Below are positions 51,201 through 62,880 of a stretch of DNA of 64,000 nucleotides, one piece after another. Numbering within the stretch: position 1 is the stretch's first letter; each line of letters starts with the position of its first letter. The stretch spans positions 1,170,699 to 1,234,698 of the forward strand of contig CM082581.2 of assembly GCA_040954595.2 (NCBI GenBank), read 5' to 3'. The DNA comes from Balanoglossus misakiensis (Eukaryota > Animalia > Hemichordata). The position numbers and the translations under genes were made by a program. Below the pieces are notes generated by a model. It ran no database searches and had not been told where the DNA came from. It was given only the letters and a program-made list of their open reading frames with translations.

Positions 51201-54080
51201 ACCCCCATCAAACACTCAAAATTAATGGGCACGATACTGGCCACTCTGGCCTGGTTACTGTGTGCTCTGGTTAATGTTGACGCAAAGGTTGACCCCACCA
51301 AACACTCAAAATTAATGGGCAGAACACTGTCCACTACGGCCTGGTTACTGTGTGCTCTGGTTAATGTTGACGCAAAGGTTGACCCCACCAAACACTCAAA
51401 ATTAATGGGCAGAACACTGTCCACTACGGCCTGGTTACTGTGTGCTCTGGTTAATGTTGACGCAAAGGTTGACCCCACCAAACACTCAAAATTAATGGGC
51501 AGAACACTGTCCACTATGGCCTGGTTACTGTGTGCTCTGGTTAATGTTGACGCAAAGGTTGACCCCACCAAACACTCAAAATTAATGGGCAGAACACTGT
51601 CCACTACGGCCTGGTTACTGTGTGCTCTGGTTAATGTTGACGCAAAGGTTGACCCCACCAAACACTCAAAATTAATGGGCACGATACTGGCCACTCTGGC
51701 CTACTTAATGTTGACGCAAAGGTTGACCCCACCAAACACTCAAAATTAATGGGCAGAACACTGTCCACTACGGCCTGGTTACTGTGTGCTCTGGTTAATG
51801 TTGACGCAAAGGTTGACCCCACCAAACACTCAAAATTAATGGGCAGAACACTGTCCACTCGACCTGGTTACTGTGTGCTCTGGTTAATGTTGACGCAAAG
51901 GTTGACCCCACCAAACACTCAAAATTAATGGGCAGAACACTGTCCACTACGGCCTGGTTACTGTGTGCTCTGGTTAATGTTGACGCAAAGGTTGACCCCA
52001 CCAAACACTCAAAATTAATGGGCAGCACACTGTCCACTATGGCCTGGTTACTGTGTGCTCTGGTTAATGTTGACGCAAAGGTTGACCCCACCAAACACTC
52101 AAAATTAATGGGCAGAACACTGTCCACTACGGCCTGGTTACTGTGTGCTCTGGTTAATGTTGACGCAAAGGTTGACCCCCATCAAACACTCAAAATTAAT
52201 GGGCACGATACTGGCCACTCTGGCCTGGTTACTGTGTGCTCTGGTTAATGTTGACGCAAAGGTTGACCCCACCAAACACTCAAAATTAATGGGCAGAACA
52301 CTGTCCACTACGGCCTGGTTACTGTGTGCTCTGGTTAATGTTGACGCAAAGGTTGACCCCACCAAACACTCAAAATTAATGGGCAGAACACTGTCCACTA
52401 CGGCCTGGTTACTGTGTGCTCTGGTTAATGTTGACGCAAAGGTTGACCCCACCAAACACTCAAAATTAATGGGCAGAACACTGTCCACTATGGCCTGGTT
52501 ACTGTGTGCTCTGGTTAATGTTGACGCAAAGGTTGACCCCACCAAACACTCAAAATTAATGGGCAGAACACTGTCCACTACGGCCTGGTTACTGTGTGCT
52601 CTGGTTAATGTTGACGCAAAGGTTGACCCCACCAAACACTCAAAATTAATGGGCAGCACACTGTCCACTATGGCCTGGTTACTGTGTGCTCTGGTTAATG
52701 TTGACGCAAAGGTTGACCCCACCAAACACTCAAAATTAATGGGCAGAACACTGTCCACTACGGCCTGGTTACTGTGTGCTCTGGTTAATGTTGACGCAAA
52801 GGTTGACCCCACCAAACACTCAAAATTAATGGGCAGAACACTGTCCACTATGGCCTGGTTACTGTGTGCTCTGGTTAATGTTGACGCAAAGGTTGACCCC
52901 ACCAAACACTCAAAATTAATGGGCAGAACACTGTCCACTACGGCCTGGTTACTGTGTGCTCTGGTTAATGTTGACGCAAAGGTTGACCCCACCAAACACT
53001 CAAAATTAATGGGCAGAACACTGTCCACTACGGCCTGGTTACTGTGTGCTCTGGTTAATGTTGACGCAAAGGTTGACCCCACCAAACACTCAAAATTAAT
53101 GGGCAGAACACTGTCCACTATGGCCTGGTTACTGTGTGCTCTGGTTAATGTTGACGCAAAGGTTGACCCCACCAAACACTCAAAATTAATGGGCAGCACA
53201 CTGTCCACTATGGCCTGGTTACTGTGTGCTCTGGTTAATGTTGACGCAAAGGTTGACCCCACCAAACACTCAAAATTAATGGGCAGAACACTGTCCACTA
53301 CGGCCTGGTTACTGTGTGCTCTGGTTAATGTTGACGCAAAGGTTGACCCCCACCAAACACTCAAAATTAATGGGCACGATACTGGCCACTCTGGCCTAGT
53401 TAATGTTGACGCAAAGGTTGACCCCACCAAACACTCAAAATTAATGGGCAAGATACTGGCCACTCTGGCCTAGTTAATGTTGACGCAAAGGTTGACCCCA
53501 CCAAACACTCAAAATTAATGGGCATGATACTGGCCACTCTGGCCTAGTTAATGTTGACGCAAAGGTTGACCCCACCAAACACTCAAAATTAATGGGCACG
53601 ATACTGGCCACTCTGGCCTAGTTAATGTTGACGCAAAGGTTGACCCCACCAAACACTCAAAATTAATGGGCAGAACACTGTCCACTACGGCCTGGTTACT
53701 GTGTGCTCTGGTTAATGTTGACGCAAAGGTTGACCCCACCAAACACTCAAAATTAATGGGCAGAACACTGTCCACTACGGCCTGGTTACTGTGTGCTCTG
53801 GTTAATGTTGACGCAAAGGTTGACCCCACCAAACACTCAAAATTAATGGGCAGAACACTGTCCACTACGGCCTGGTTACTGTGTGCTCTGGTTAATGTTG
53901 ACGCAAAGGTTGACCCCACCAAACACTCAAAATTAATGGGCAGCACACTGTCCACTATGGCCTGGTTACTGTGTGCTCTGGTTAATGTTGACGCAAAGGT
54001 TGACCCCACCAAACACTCAAAATTAATGGGCAGAACACTGTCCACTACGGCCTGGTTACTGTGTGCTCTGGTTAATGTTA
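45229..54080. repeat. Satellite of 90-bp and 74/75-bp monomers, ~100 units
   Basis: Shared core GTTAATGTTGACGCAAAGGTTGACCCCACCAAACACTCAAAATTAATGGGCA. The 90-mer has an extra GTTACTGTGTGCTCTG. A 974-bp higher-order duplication is shown by ORFs at 50657/51631. Confidence 0.98.
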
Positions 54081-54312
54081 ATGGTAGGTCGTGGCTGTCT
54101 CATTTCAGGGATTTGTGGACTAAATGTCAATCTTTGTACTATTCGTACATGAAACTTTTCTTTCAAATACAACTTACAGACCAACATAGACAGTCATGCT
54201 TATATAAGTATGACTATCTATTAAAGTAACATTCATATCATGATTGTTGTTTTACACTGTGTTTTCAAAGTAATTGTTGCAGTAAACCAATTGCCTTGCT
54301 TGGAAATATTAA

Positions 54313-54420
54313 AAGGGAAGTCCTGTCCAGCTGATTTATGCATAATTTCTACACAATGTTTTTTTCTGAAAGAATGACCTCAAAGCTACCCAATTATGTA
54401 GCTGAACCGGACTTCCCCTT
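54313..54420. mobile_element. Short TTAA-flanked MITE; partial copy at ~57960-58040
   Basis: TTAA|AAGGGAAGTCC ... GGACTTCCCCT|TTAA. Confidence 0.7.
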
Positions 54421-54934
54421 TAAATGCTACCAGTGAGCTTGTTTGTCTTTGTAAATACACTCAAGTATTAATCCCCTTTTTCTCAGAATTCAATGCATCT
54501 TCATGCCATGAGGTGAGAGGACACTTTTGTTAGCAGGAGGGAAACAAATCCAAAATAAATAATAACAGTGGAAAGTTGGTCTGCTGACTTTCTCCACATT
54601 TCATTATTGAATTACGGCAAAATTATGAAATCCAATTATGAAATTCAGCTTTTTGTCCACTTTTTGTTGCTGCAAATTCATTGCGGTATAAAGGTCAATA
54701 ATATGACAAATCTTGGTTAAAAGTATACAGTCACCTTCAATACACATTCCCATATATGGCTGAATGGCGTATTTGAGCATTCTAAAGAACATATGGTGGC
54801 GCCTGTTTTCCACGTGTGCCACCAAATGAAAATCTGTGATTGGCTAGATTTCAATTTTCCATGGTAACTATATATAGCTAATTTTCCATGGGTGATCATA
54901 TACCTTTAACTCTATAGTTTAATATGATACTTAC

Positions 54935-55120
54935 GAACACATGATTGGTTAAAAGTGTAGACATCATACATTGAGAGACCAGTTTCTCCAGGTGGCAGAT
55001 AGAATCCACCTGTGCCGTTATTTGCATATAAGAGATAGCCTTCTTCACAGGAACATTGAAAACCACCTGCAGTGTTTTTACAAAGTTGATCACAAGAATG
55101 TGAAGCACATTCATTTATAT
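54935..55120 (-). CDS. Exon: calcium-binding EGF with uninflatable-type insert
   Basis: DINECASHSCDQLCKNTAGGFQCSCEEGYLLYANNGTGGFYLPPGETGLSMYDVYTFNQSCV. AG/GT boundaries, 186 nt, phase 1-1. Confidence 0.9.
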
Positions 55121-55154
55121 CTACAAAGAAGGAACATGGATTGGATTAAAACAA

Positions 55155-55512
55155 TGTACGTTCAGTAAAATTGAAAGTATTGTCATTTCTTTTAATCGTG
55201 AATTTTGGGATTATCTTGTGTACGTACAAGATGAATCTGTGATAAAATAAAGGCGTCACCTTGCTTGCTTTTGAAATACAAGGCCATTAATTTAGTTGAT
55301 AATAGAAGAAACCTGCTGACTCAGCATGGTTCACCAATGGTTTGTCTATGGACAAAAACCTTAAAGAAATTTATCTCAAAATAGAGCATTGTAATCACAC
55401 AATTTTATTTGACCAATGATTTTATATTTACTAGACTGAGCTATGTGTAAAATTTCGTGAAAATGACAATAGTAGAAGTTTGTTTTCTAGCAATTATCAA
55501 TGTAATCCTATG
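55155..55512 (+). mobile_element. MITE family B copy (intronic)
   Basis: ATGTACGTTCAGTAAAATTGAAAG.. colinear with 35476-35888. Confidence 0.85.
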
Positions 55513-55635
55513 AGACACCTGAGATTAAAAGGTCATTCCAAAAATTTATCCGGAATTCTGAAATAAGTTCGGAATGTGTTAAATGTGAAAATAGTGACTT
55601 GAAGTTATGTTGCAAGTGACTTGTTTATGTCTCAC

Positions 55636-55764
55636 CTTTGCATGCTGTTCCATTCACATCTGGTTCAAATCCCACCAAACATGCACACTGATAGTCACCA
55701 TCTCTATTTTCACAGACTTGATTGATTCCACACCGTGCCACCAATGTACTACATTCATTGATAT
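55636..55764 (-). CDS. Exon: calcium-binding EGF domain
   Basis: DINECSTLVARCGINQVCENRDGDYQCACLVGFEPDVNGTACK. 129 nt, phase 1-1. Confidence 0.92.
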
Positions 55765-55849
55765 CTGAAATGTTATTCATCAAGATATGATCAAAATCCC
55801 ACAGGTCCGCTGGTAAATTCAGACCAACAAGTTTAGCTGGGAACCACCA

Positions 55850-56047
55850 GACCAACAGGAAATTTTCACAAACAAATTTTCGCGAACTATGCAAGAGCCA
55901 AAAAAAAAGACATTTTTGCGTAAAAAACTATTTTCAGTGATAACAATGTAGTGAAATACGAGAACATGAAAATTAATCGTCTCATAACAGTTTCTGCTTT
56001 TGATATCGCAAAAAATTTCTTTGTCGCGAAAATTTCCTGTTTTACAG
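55850..56047. mobile_element. MITE family C, partial
   Basis: Ends TCGCGAAAATTTCCTGTTTTACAG|TA. Confidence 0.7.
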
Positions 56048-56240
56048 TAATCAATGAAAAATAAAATTACGAAAATCATGAAATTTCTGACAGCCATAGA
56101 TTTGCATGGCATGAACTGTATGTCCTATCAGCATGTAGTTTAGGTGACATTTATGATAAATAGTCAAATTACTGGAGTGATCGATTACGGTACCTCATAA
56201 GCAGACAACCACATGAAGACCAATCTTGATGTGAACTTAC

Positions 56241-56423
56241 CAATGCATGATGGTATTGCACTATTCCACTGTAAATCGGATTGACAAGTCAGGTAATCAG
56301 CACCATTTAATTCATAGCCAGCATTACAATAGAATGTGATGTTACTGCCCATATAATATGGTCCACTATCAGGGACAGCTTGTAGATGTGGGTCTGTTAT
56401 GAGTATATCACTGCAGTTCAATC
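56241..56423 (-). CDS. Exon: Sushi/CCP domain
   Basis: LNCSD..ITFYCNAGYELNGADYLTCQSDLQWNSAIPSCI. 183 nt, AG/GT boundaries. Confidence 0.92.
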
Positions 56424-56544
56424 CTGCAAGTAAAAAAAATAAAACACTATGTGGATGCAGACTTGATTGTGGTATATATATTGGGTATCTGTATTCTGTC
56501 ACAACTTTAACATTTTCACCCCAAGTTCCCACTATAAAAGTCCA

Positions 56545-56722
56545 GATACCATTGACTCCTTTTTTTCAATTATCGACTAAATTCATGACTCTGTATTTCA
56601 AAAACAAGCGTGGTGACCCCTATATTTTATCACAAATTTTCATTATACATACATAGGATAATCCAAAAATTAACAATTAAAAGAAATGACCATATTTTCA
56701 ATTTTACTGAATGTACATCGTT
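56545..56722 (-). mobile_element. MITE family B, partial
   Basis: Ends TTTCAATTTTACTGAATGTACATCG|TTAA. Confidence 0.75.
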
Positions 56723-56733
56723 AAATGACTTAC

Positions 56734-56916
56734 GTTGACAGTATCCTGGATCTCCAATCCATGATCCATCTTCACCACATGTAGAGACAGTGTAGCCAGT
56801 CAGACTGTAGCCAGATGGACATGAGTAGGCAACGGTTGTTCCAAAAATCAATGAATCACCATTAACAATTTCATATGATAAGTAGTTGTCTACATTCGGT
56901 GGTGGACACTCGCGAG
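56734..56916 (-). CDS. Exon: Sushi/CCP domain
   Basis: RECPPP..FGTTVAYSCPSGYSLTGYTVSTCGEDGSWIGDPGYCQ. 183 nt. Confidence 0.92.
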
Positions 56917-57214
56917 CTGTTTGGATAAGATGAACAGATAACATTACAAGTGTGTTAATACTAGGAAAATGGTTTAAAGGGACATGCAGTAACCCTCACA
57001 ATCCTGCATATTTTCAAGTTACCAGTGTCTGGTTTAACATTCAGTGTGTAATGTCCCAATTAGACACCCATGTGGAATGTAGCAACCAGCACAAAGTGCC
57101 CCATCATAACGCTATGGAGAGAATTTCAACTTGAGTCAGTGATTTTTATGAAAACATGACAGTGAACACCCTGTGTTATACTTTGTTTTCAAAACGACTC
57201 ATCACACACTTTAA

Positions 57215-57514
57215 AGCCTCTAGAGCTGCCAAATTTCACAATTTTTTTCTTTTCCACAGTAAAACCTTTCAAATCTATGGTGATGCATACCACGATAGCT
57301 AGCTGCATACTGTTTGTATGGAGGCTGATTTTAATAAAATGGGTACGGCACCTGTTTAATACATTGCACGTTTAAATTGCAACATACAGCCACAATCAGG
57401 CATTGATGACATGTTCTTGTATCCCTATCAGTAAGCTTAATTATTTCAATGTACCAATCTACGTCGGAAAATAAAATCTGAAAATAAATGCAAAAAGTGG
57501 CAGCTCTAGTGGCT
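57215..57514. mobile_element. TTAA-flanked MITE with 17-bp TIR
   Basis: TTAA|AGCCTCTAGAGCTGCCA ... TGGCAGCTCTAGTGGCT|TTAA. Confidence 0.88.
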
Positions 57515-57618
57515 TTAAAGCACTGAAAGGTTCAGAGGACTAACATTTTTTCTGAAAATCCGTCTCCTAAGTGTGCACTACAATGGCAGTTTAATTGTTT
57601 TCAAAAATATCAACTTAC

Positions 57619-57798
57619 GCTCGCATTGGGGCACAAGTGGACCCCAGACACCATCTGCTTGGCATTCCAATGAAGACACATTATTTATAAACTGATAGCC
57701 CTCAATGCATTGATAATAAGCAATGCCACCATACACTGTACTGGTAACATTGGTAAGAATTCCATTGCTGCACTCAGGGGGTCCACCACATGTTATTC
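57619..57798 (-). CDS. Exon: Sushi/CCP domain (missed by the ORF track)
   Basis: ITCGGPPECSNGILTNVTSTVYGGIAYYQCIEGYQFINNVSSLECQADGVWGPLVPQCE. 180 nt, AG/GT boundaries. Confidence 0.92.
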
Positions 57799-58043
57799 CT
57801 AAAAAATAAACAACAAATTAGTGTCATTCAAGTTGTTGCTAACAATAGATTCAAGAGACAAATTAAGTCTCTCTCATCACTGCACTTTTTTCATTAATTA
57901 TCTTGGATACAAGACACCAGGCTAGGCATATTTGCATAGCTGGTACGACTTATACACGGCGAAAATGTTTTTTTTTTCCTGAAAGAGTGACCTCAAAGCT
58001 ACAAAATTATGTAGATATCAGCTAGACCGGACATCCCCTTTAA

Positions 58044-58144
58044 CTACTGGATAACCGTCCGAGCATTGGAATGAGACAGAGACATCATACCTTCTATCTC
58101 TGTACTGGTCACCACGCCCTCACTAATCACAATTTCGGGACAGT
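58044..58144 (-). pseudogene. Damaged Sushi exon (N-terminal half only)
   Basis: DCPEIVISEGVVTST, then in a shifted frame RRYDVSVSFQCSDGYPV. Cut off by a TTAA MITE fragment. Confidence 0.75.
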
Positions 58145-58219
58145 CTGTCAGAACAAGGATCACAATGATAAGAATGCATGCAGACAAATACTTAAACTCA
58201 TAAATGTCAGTTGTTTTAA

Positions 58220-58443
58220 AGTGAAGGGGTCGTCGCAATGCGTTTGTTTATAAACATTACAATTCATCCACAAATCCCTCAAATAAAATAATTCTTAGAA
58301 TGAACGAAGCAGCTGACAGTATCCTAGACTGTCCATGACAGCAACTGAAGATCCTAGTAGGTCGTGGCTGTCTAATTTCAGGGATTTGTGGATGAATTGC
58401 AATGTTTATAAACAAACAAACGCAGTGCGACGACCCCATCACT
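58220..58443. mobile_element. Palindromic MITE
   Basis: AGTGAAGGGGTCGTCGCA..AATTCATCCACAAATCCCT and its reverse complement form the two arms. Fragment also at ~54084-54130. Confidence 0.85.
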
Positions 58444-58664
58444 TTATTGAGTGTGATACAAGAGTGTTGCCATTCCTGTCAATGGTCCAAAATTGCATTG
58501 CAATTGTAAGAAATTACTGTCTCTGTTTTTCCAGCTCTTTGAAGTTTCGTAAAAAATCAAAAACATTTGCACCTTTCAATTAATGACTCTAAATCACAAG
58601 GAATAAAGGGAGAGTGTGTTTCTAAGAATTCTGTAACAACTTTTTCTGAAATGTTAGTAAGTTA

Positions 58665-58871
58665 CTGTAAAACACTTTATTTTCGCGAGCAAGAGATTTT
58701 CGCGAAATACGCGAGAGCCAAAATAGCGTGAAAATAAAAAGTTGCGTAATTTTTTTGAAGATAAAGATGCAATGAATGAAATAAGAGAACGCGAAAATTA
58801 ACACTGGCGAAACAGTGGCCTCTCTCGATGTCGCGAAAAATTTCAACTCGTGAAAATAAAGTGTTTTACAG
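58665..58871. mobile_element. MITE family C, full copy
   Basis: TA|CTGTAAAACACTTTATTTTC ... GAAAATAAAGTGTTTTACAG|TA. Confidence 0.92.
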
Positions 58872-58880
58872 TATGTGTAC

Positions 58881-59064
58881 CTGGTGAAAATGAAGCCCTG
58901 AATCCTTTAGCTGGTCGTGTTCTACTACTCCTGAACACAACCGAAAAGTGTCCAATGTCTGTACGGCAATCGGGTGGTGGCACAGTGCCATCAATGACTC
59001 CATCAGAATTGCCACTCCATGGACCAATAATGACATCATCATCACTCTCAGTACCATTGTATAC
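58881..59064 (-). CDS. Exon: CUB domain C-terminal half
   Basis: VYNG..FSVVFRSSRTRPAKGFRASFSP. 184 nt, phase 0-1. Confidence 0.88.
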
Positions 59065-59103
59065 CTTCAGAAACAAAGACAAATTAAGCATGCATTGTAA
59101 ATA

Positions 59104-59298
59104 CCGTAAAACGGGAAATCTTCACAACAGGAAATTTTCGCGATATCAAAGGTGGCTACTGTTACGCGACAATTAATTTTCATATTGGCATATTTTACTG
59201 CATTGTTATCTCTGAAGCATTTTAAGCGACTTTTTATTTTCATATTTTTTGGCTCTCACATAGTTTACGAAAATTTATCGTTCACGAAAATTTTATAG
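59104..59298. mobile_element. MITE family C relative, diverged
   Basis: TA|CCGTAAAACGGGAAA start. Body similar to 59345-59550 in reverse orientation. Confidence 0.7.
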
Positions 59299-59344
59299 TA
59301 TTCAATCCTTGTTGCATTTCCTGCTGTAACAGCTACTCAACATA

Positions 59345-59550
59345 CTGTAAAATGGGAAATGTTCGCAAACAATAAATTTTCGCGATCTACGTGAGAGCCA
59401 TCAAAACATGAAAATAAAAAGTTGCGTAAAAATGTTTTTCGGGGATAATGATGCAGTGAAATACAAGAACGTGAAAAGTTATTGTTGCATAACACTTGCC
59501 TCTTTTGATAACGCGAAAATTTCATGTTGCAAAAGTATCCCGTTTTACAG
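59345..59550. mobile_element. MITE family C relative
   Basis: TA|CTGTAAAATGGGA ... TCCCGTTTTACAG|TA. Confidence 0.88.
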
Positions 59551-59717
59551 TATATATGTGATTAATTAAATTTCCAAATTGTGTTCCAAAGTTGTATAGT
59601 TTGAAGTAATGTCTGCCAAAATTGTCAAACTAAAATCACTGCAAAATAATATGACAAATTTTTTAATATGACAAATATTTTTAACATGGCTGACTCATGA
59701 TCATATCTGATACTCAC

Positions 59718-59902
59718 AATGATGTAATCAACATCTGTGTTCCTCTCTAATCCAAAGTTCTCATCAAAGATAAGAGTTAATGGTCTTCCAGTTGGTTCCT
59801 TGATTAACCAGCTACACATAACATCATCAGGGTAAGTGCTAACATCATACCCTGGTGACTGAATCGTGCCAAAACTACGCAGAATTTCAATTCCCTGGCA
59901 AC
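59718..59902 (-). CDS. Exon: CUB domain N-terminal half
   Basis: GCQGIEILRSFGTIQSPGYDVSTYPDDVMCSWLIKEPTGRPLTLIFDENFGLE..DYII. 185 nt, phase 1-0. Confidence 0.92.
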
Positions 59903-60099
59903 CTTTAAAGAAACAAGTGACCTATCGGTCAAAAGAGCTCTGCTGACTTTAACAGTGAAACCTATAGCTGGGCAATGATATGAATACCCTAGGTTTTAAT
60001 CATAACAATTGTATTCTATTAAACAAAACCAAACATAGACATCACAAGTATTTAATATCCACATTCAGCCTGATTCATTGTGCTAAAGAAAGAAAGAAT

Positions 60100-60672
60100 T
60101 TATTCCTAAAGAACAACATCAAAAGGAAGTACCAAGGTACTAATTTGCATATTCATGACCCGATCAAAATTCCAATAAAACAAAATCAGGTAGGGGCACC
60201 ATAACACACATTCTACCAAATTTCAGCTCCATCGTACATGTAGTTAGGGAGAAGAATATTTTTTACCAAAAATTATATTTTTAGATCTAATTTGCATATT
60301 CATGACCCGATCATATCCAAATTTATGAAATCAGGTAGGGGCACCATAACACACATTCCTGCCAAATTTCAGCTCCATCGTACATGTAGTTAGGGAGAAG
60401 AAAATGTTTGACCAACATTCTATTTTAGATCTAATTTGCATATTTATGACCCCATCAAATCCAAATTTACAAAATCAGGTAGGGGCACCATAACACACAT
60501 TCCTACCAAATTATAGCTAAATATGCAATGTCGTTTTAACGAAGAAGATTGAAATACCGAAAGTTGACGGACGACGGACAACGGACGCCGGACAACGGAC
60601 GCCGGACGACAGACGGACACTTATCAACCTACTGCTACAGCTTGGCTGACACAAGTGACAGCCAAGCTAAAA
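60100..60672 (-). mobile_element. HINE/DINE-like element with three ~147-bp core repeats
   Basis: Terminal hairpin AGCTTGGCTG..CAGCCAAGCT followed by AAAA (60639-60672). (GACG)n microsatellite. TAATTTGCATATT(C/T)ATGACCC at about 60140, 60288 and 60433. Confidence 0.8.
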
Positions 60673-60830
60673 ATACCAAACAAGGAATAATAAATTCAAT
60701 CCACAGGTTTGGTGTAATCCTGGCTGCCTTTTATTTTGTGCTAGGGGATCAAATCACATAATAATTGCCTTCTGGATAAAAAGTCGTACGCGACAGAAGA
60801 AATGACTGTTAACTGTATATGACTTCCTTA

Positions 60831-61630
60831 GGCTGCATTCACAAACACCTCTGGAGGGGGGGGCGGGAGAATTCAATTTTTTTTACCGCTAATTTTCACA
60901 TGCCCCCCTTCCGAACTGCCAATATTTTCAAATCCCCCCCATCCGAACTGCCAAAATTTTGAAATCCCCCCCCCCATTTTCTTTCACAGAGCAAAACACA
61001 TCACCTATCTATCTTGTAAAAAGAAAAACAGCGCTCCCATGAAAAGAATTTGAAACTGATGTTTCCCCTCATCAGTGGGTATTAAAACTGAACATTGTTT
61101 TTATTTTTAAAGTACATATATTTGTATTCTGTGTTGGGAGACATTGTAAACCGAGAATTGAAGGGGGTGGGTTTGGGAGGGGGTGTCCCCCTCCCACGTA
61201 AGAAAATTTTCTAAAATACAGAGCTCAAAGCTGCATTTTAATGAACCCGGCAAAAGCAAATTAACTCAACTACCGGTATGTTGGGGAGGACAAATTTAAC
61301 CGTCGCCGCTCAAAGTTATCATGGGGTGGGGCAAGTCCCCTGACCTGGGACACTAGATAAACCAGTCAATGATTGAAAGGTGTTGATGAATGGAGGGGGT
61401 GGGTGTGGGAGGGGGTGTCCCCCTCCCACATTAGAAAATTTTGTAAAATAAAGGGCGCGAAACTGCATTTTTGTGGACTCAAAATAAATATTTAGTCGTT
61501 AAAGTTTTCAAGTCCCCCCCTTTCAGTCCCTAAATTATTTCAAATCCCCCCCTTACATACCCTCAATTTTTTCAAATCCCCCCCCTCAATTCTCCTGCCC
61601 CCCCCTCCAGAGGTGTTTGTGAATGCAGCC
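60831..61630 (+). mobile_element. PIF/Harbinger-like MITE, full 800-bp copy
   Basis: ~30-bp perfect TIR GGCTGCATTCACAAACACCTCTGGAGGGGG with TTA TSD on both sides. Confidence 0.95.
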
Positions 61631-61853
61631 TTAGGTCAAACCTTTCTGTCGTTATACATGTAGTTATCAAATTAAACTCATTTAACTTTTTTCACATTTT
61701 GTTATTTTTTCTGTTAAAAAGTTCCATAATGACCCAGTATCAGATTAGCTTATATTATAAACTTCCAGAAAGAATGGCAAAAGAAGATAGATCTGTGATC
61801 CTTACAATTCTTACTGGGTTGAAATTCTTTGGGAATGATTTTAAGTGATTTAA

Positions 61854-62202
61854 AGGGACAAAGTTTCTCTCACTCGCTGCCCTTTTTCCATTAACTATGT
61901 TTGATACAAGACACTGTTTATGTTATTCTACATGTGGATATATAGTGAATCAACATTCAACCACGCACAACTTCCATCCCGTTTGTAGGATATGAGAGTA
62001 AAAATATTGCCAAAATGAATAAACGGTAGAGACCAATTATTCATTTTGGCGAGTTTTTTCACTCTTGTGTCTACAAGTGGGATGGAAGTTGTTTGTGGTC
62101 AAACGTTGTTTCAATATATATCCACATGTAGAATAACATAAACGCTGTATTGTATCATCATAATTCCTGGAAAAAGGGTAGCGAGAGAGAGTGTTTGTCC
62201 CT
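61854..62202. mobile_element. MITE family A, full copy
   Basis: TTAA|AGGGACAAA ... TTTGTCCCT|TTAA. Confidence 0.92.
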
Positions 62203-62287
62203 TTAAAACATTGTTCTCTTGCATCATGAATCCTTGATTGCCTCTTCATTCAAACAACGTCTTGATCAATTTGAATGCGTTACCTAC

Positions 62288-62489
62288 CTGCCCAGTAATG
62301 TACATGAAAACCTCTCATTGTAACTGCATCATCACTCTTAATGTCAACTCTCATCATACTTTTGGAAGATATGATGACATTGGGTAACTCCATCCCAGAA
62401 AATAAAGCAAGTCTGAGGGCAGGATTCAGTTCAGCGCCATCGTATACAGACACTTGATCAGCCCCATCTTCTGTTGCAAAGGAGATAAA
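62288..62489 (-). CDS. Exon: CUB C-terminal part with a non-canonical (CG) acceptor
   Basis: FISFATEDGADQVSVYDG..LFSG..IKSDDAVTMRGFHVHYWA. Same 202-nt length and phases as the exon at 63695-63896. Confidence 0.85.
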
Positions 62490-62604
62490 CGGAAAAGATA
62501 TAAAAAATAGCATCAAAGACACTTTGCTCCCATTTGATATGTACATTTAAATGTGACATACCGTACAATCATAGTGATCACAATTTCCTACACAAAACCA
62601 TTAA

Positions 62605-62880
62605 GGGGCAAAGTCTCTCTCTCTCTCGCTGCCCCTTTTCCATTAATTATCGTTTGATTATCGTTTATGTTATTCTAGATGTGGATATATAGTGAATCAA
62701 CATTCCATCCCGCTTCATTTTGGGCGAGATTTTTACTCTCATATCCTAAAAATGGGATGGAAGGTGTGTGTGGTCGAATGTTGATTCACTATATATCCTC
62801 ATGTAGAATGACATAAACGGTGTCTTGTATCAAACATAATTAATGGGAAAAGGGCAGCGAGAGAGAGAGACTTCGTCCCT
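62605..62880. mobile_element. MITE family A, internally deleted copy
   Basis: TTAA|GGGGCAAAGTCTCTCT ... AGAGACTTCGTCCCT. Confidence 0.85.

Noticed and set aside
45299-54229. Long ORFs (up to 630 aa) as protein-coding genes
   Set aside because: They arise because the 90-bp unit is a multiple of 3, are open on both strands, are interrupted by 74-bp units, and have no unique start or splice context.
54604-54899. Next exon of the CUB/Sushi/EGF gene
   Set aside because: No frame gives a CCP or EGF cysteine pattern with a phase-1 acceptor.
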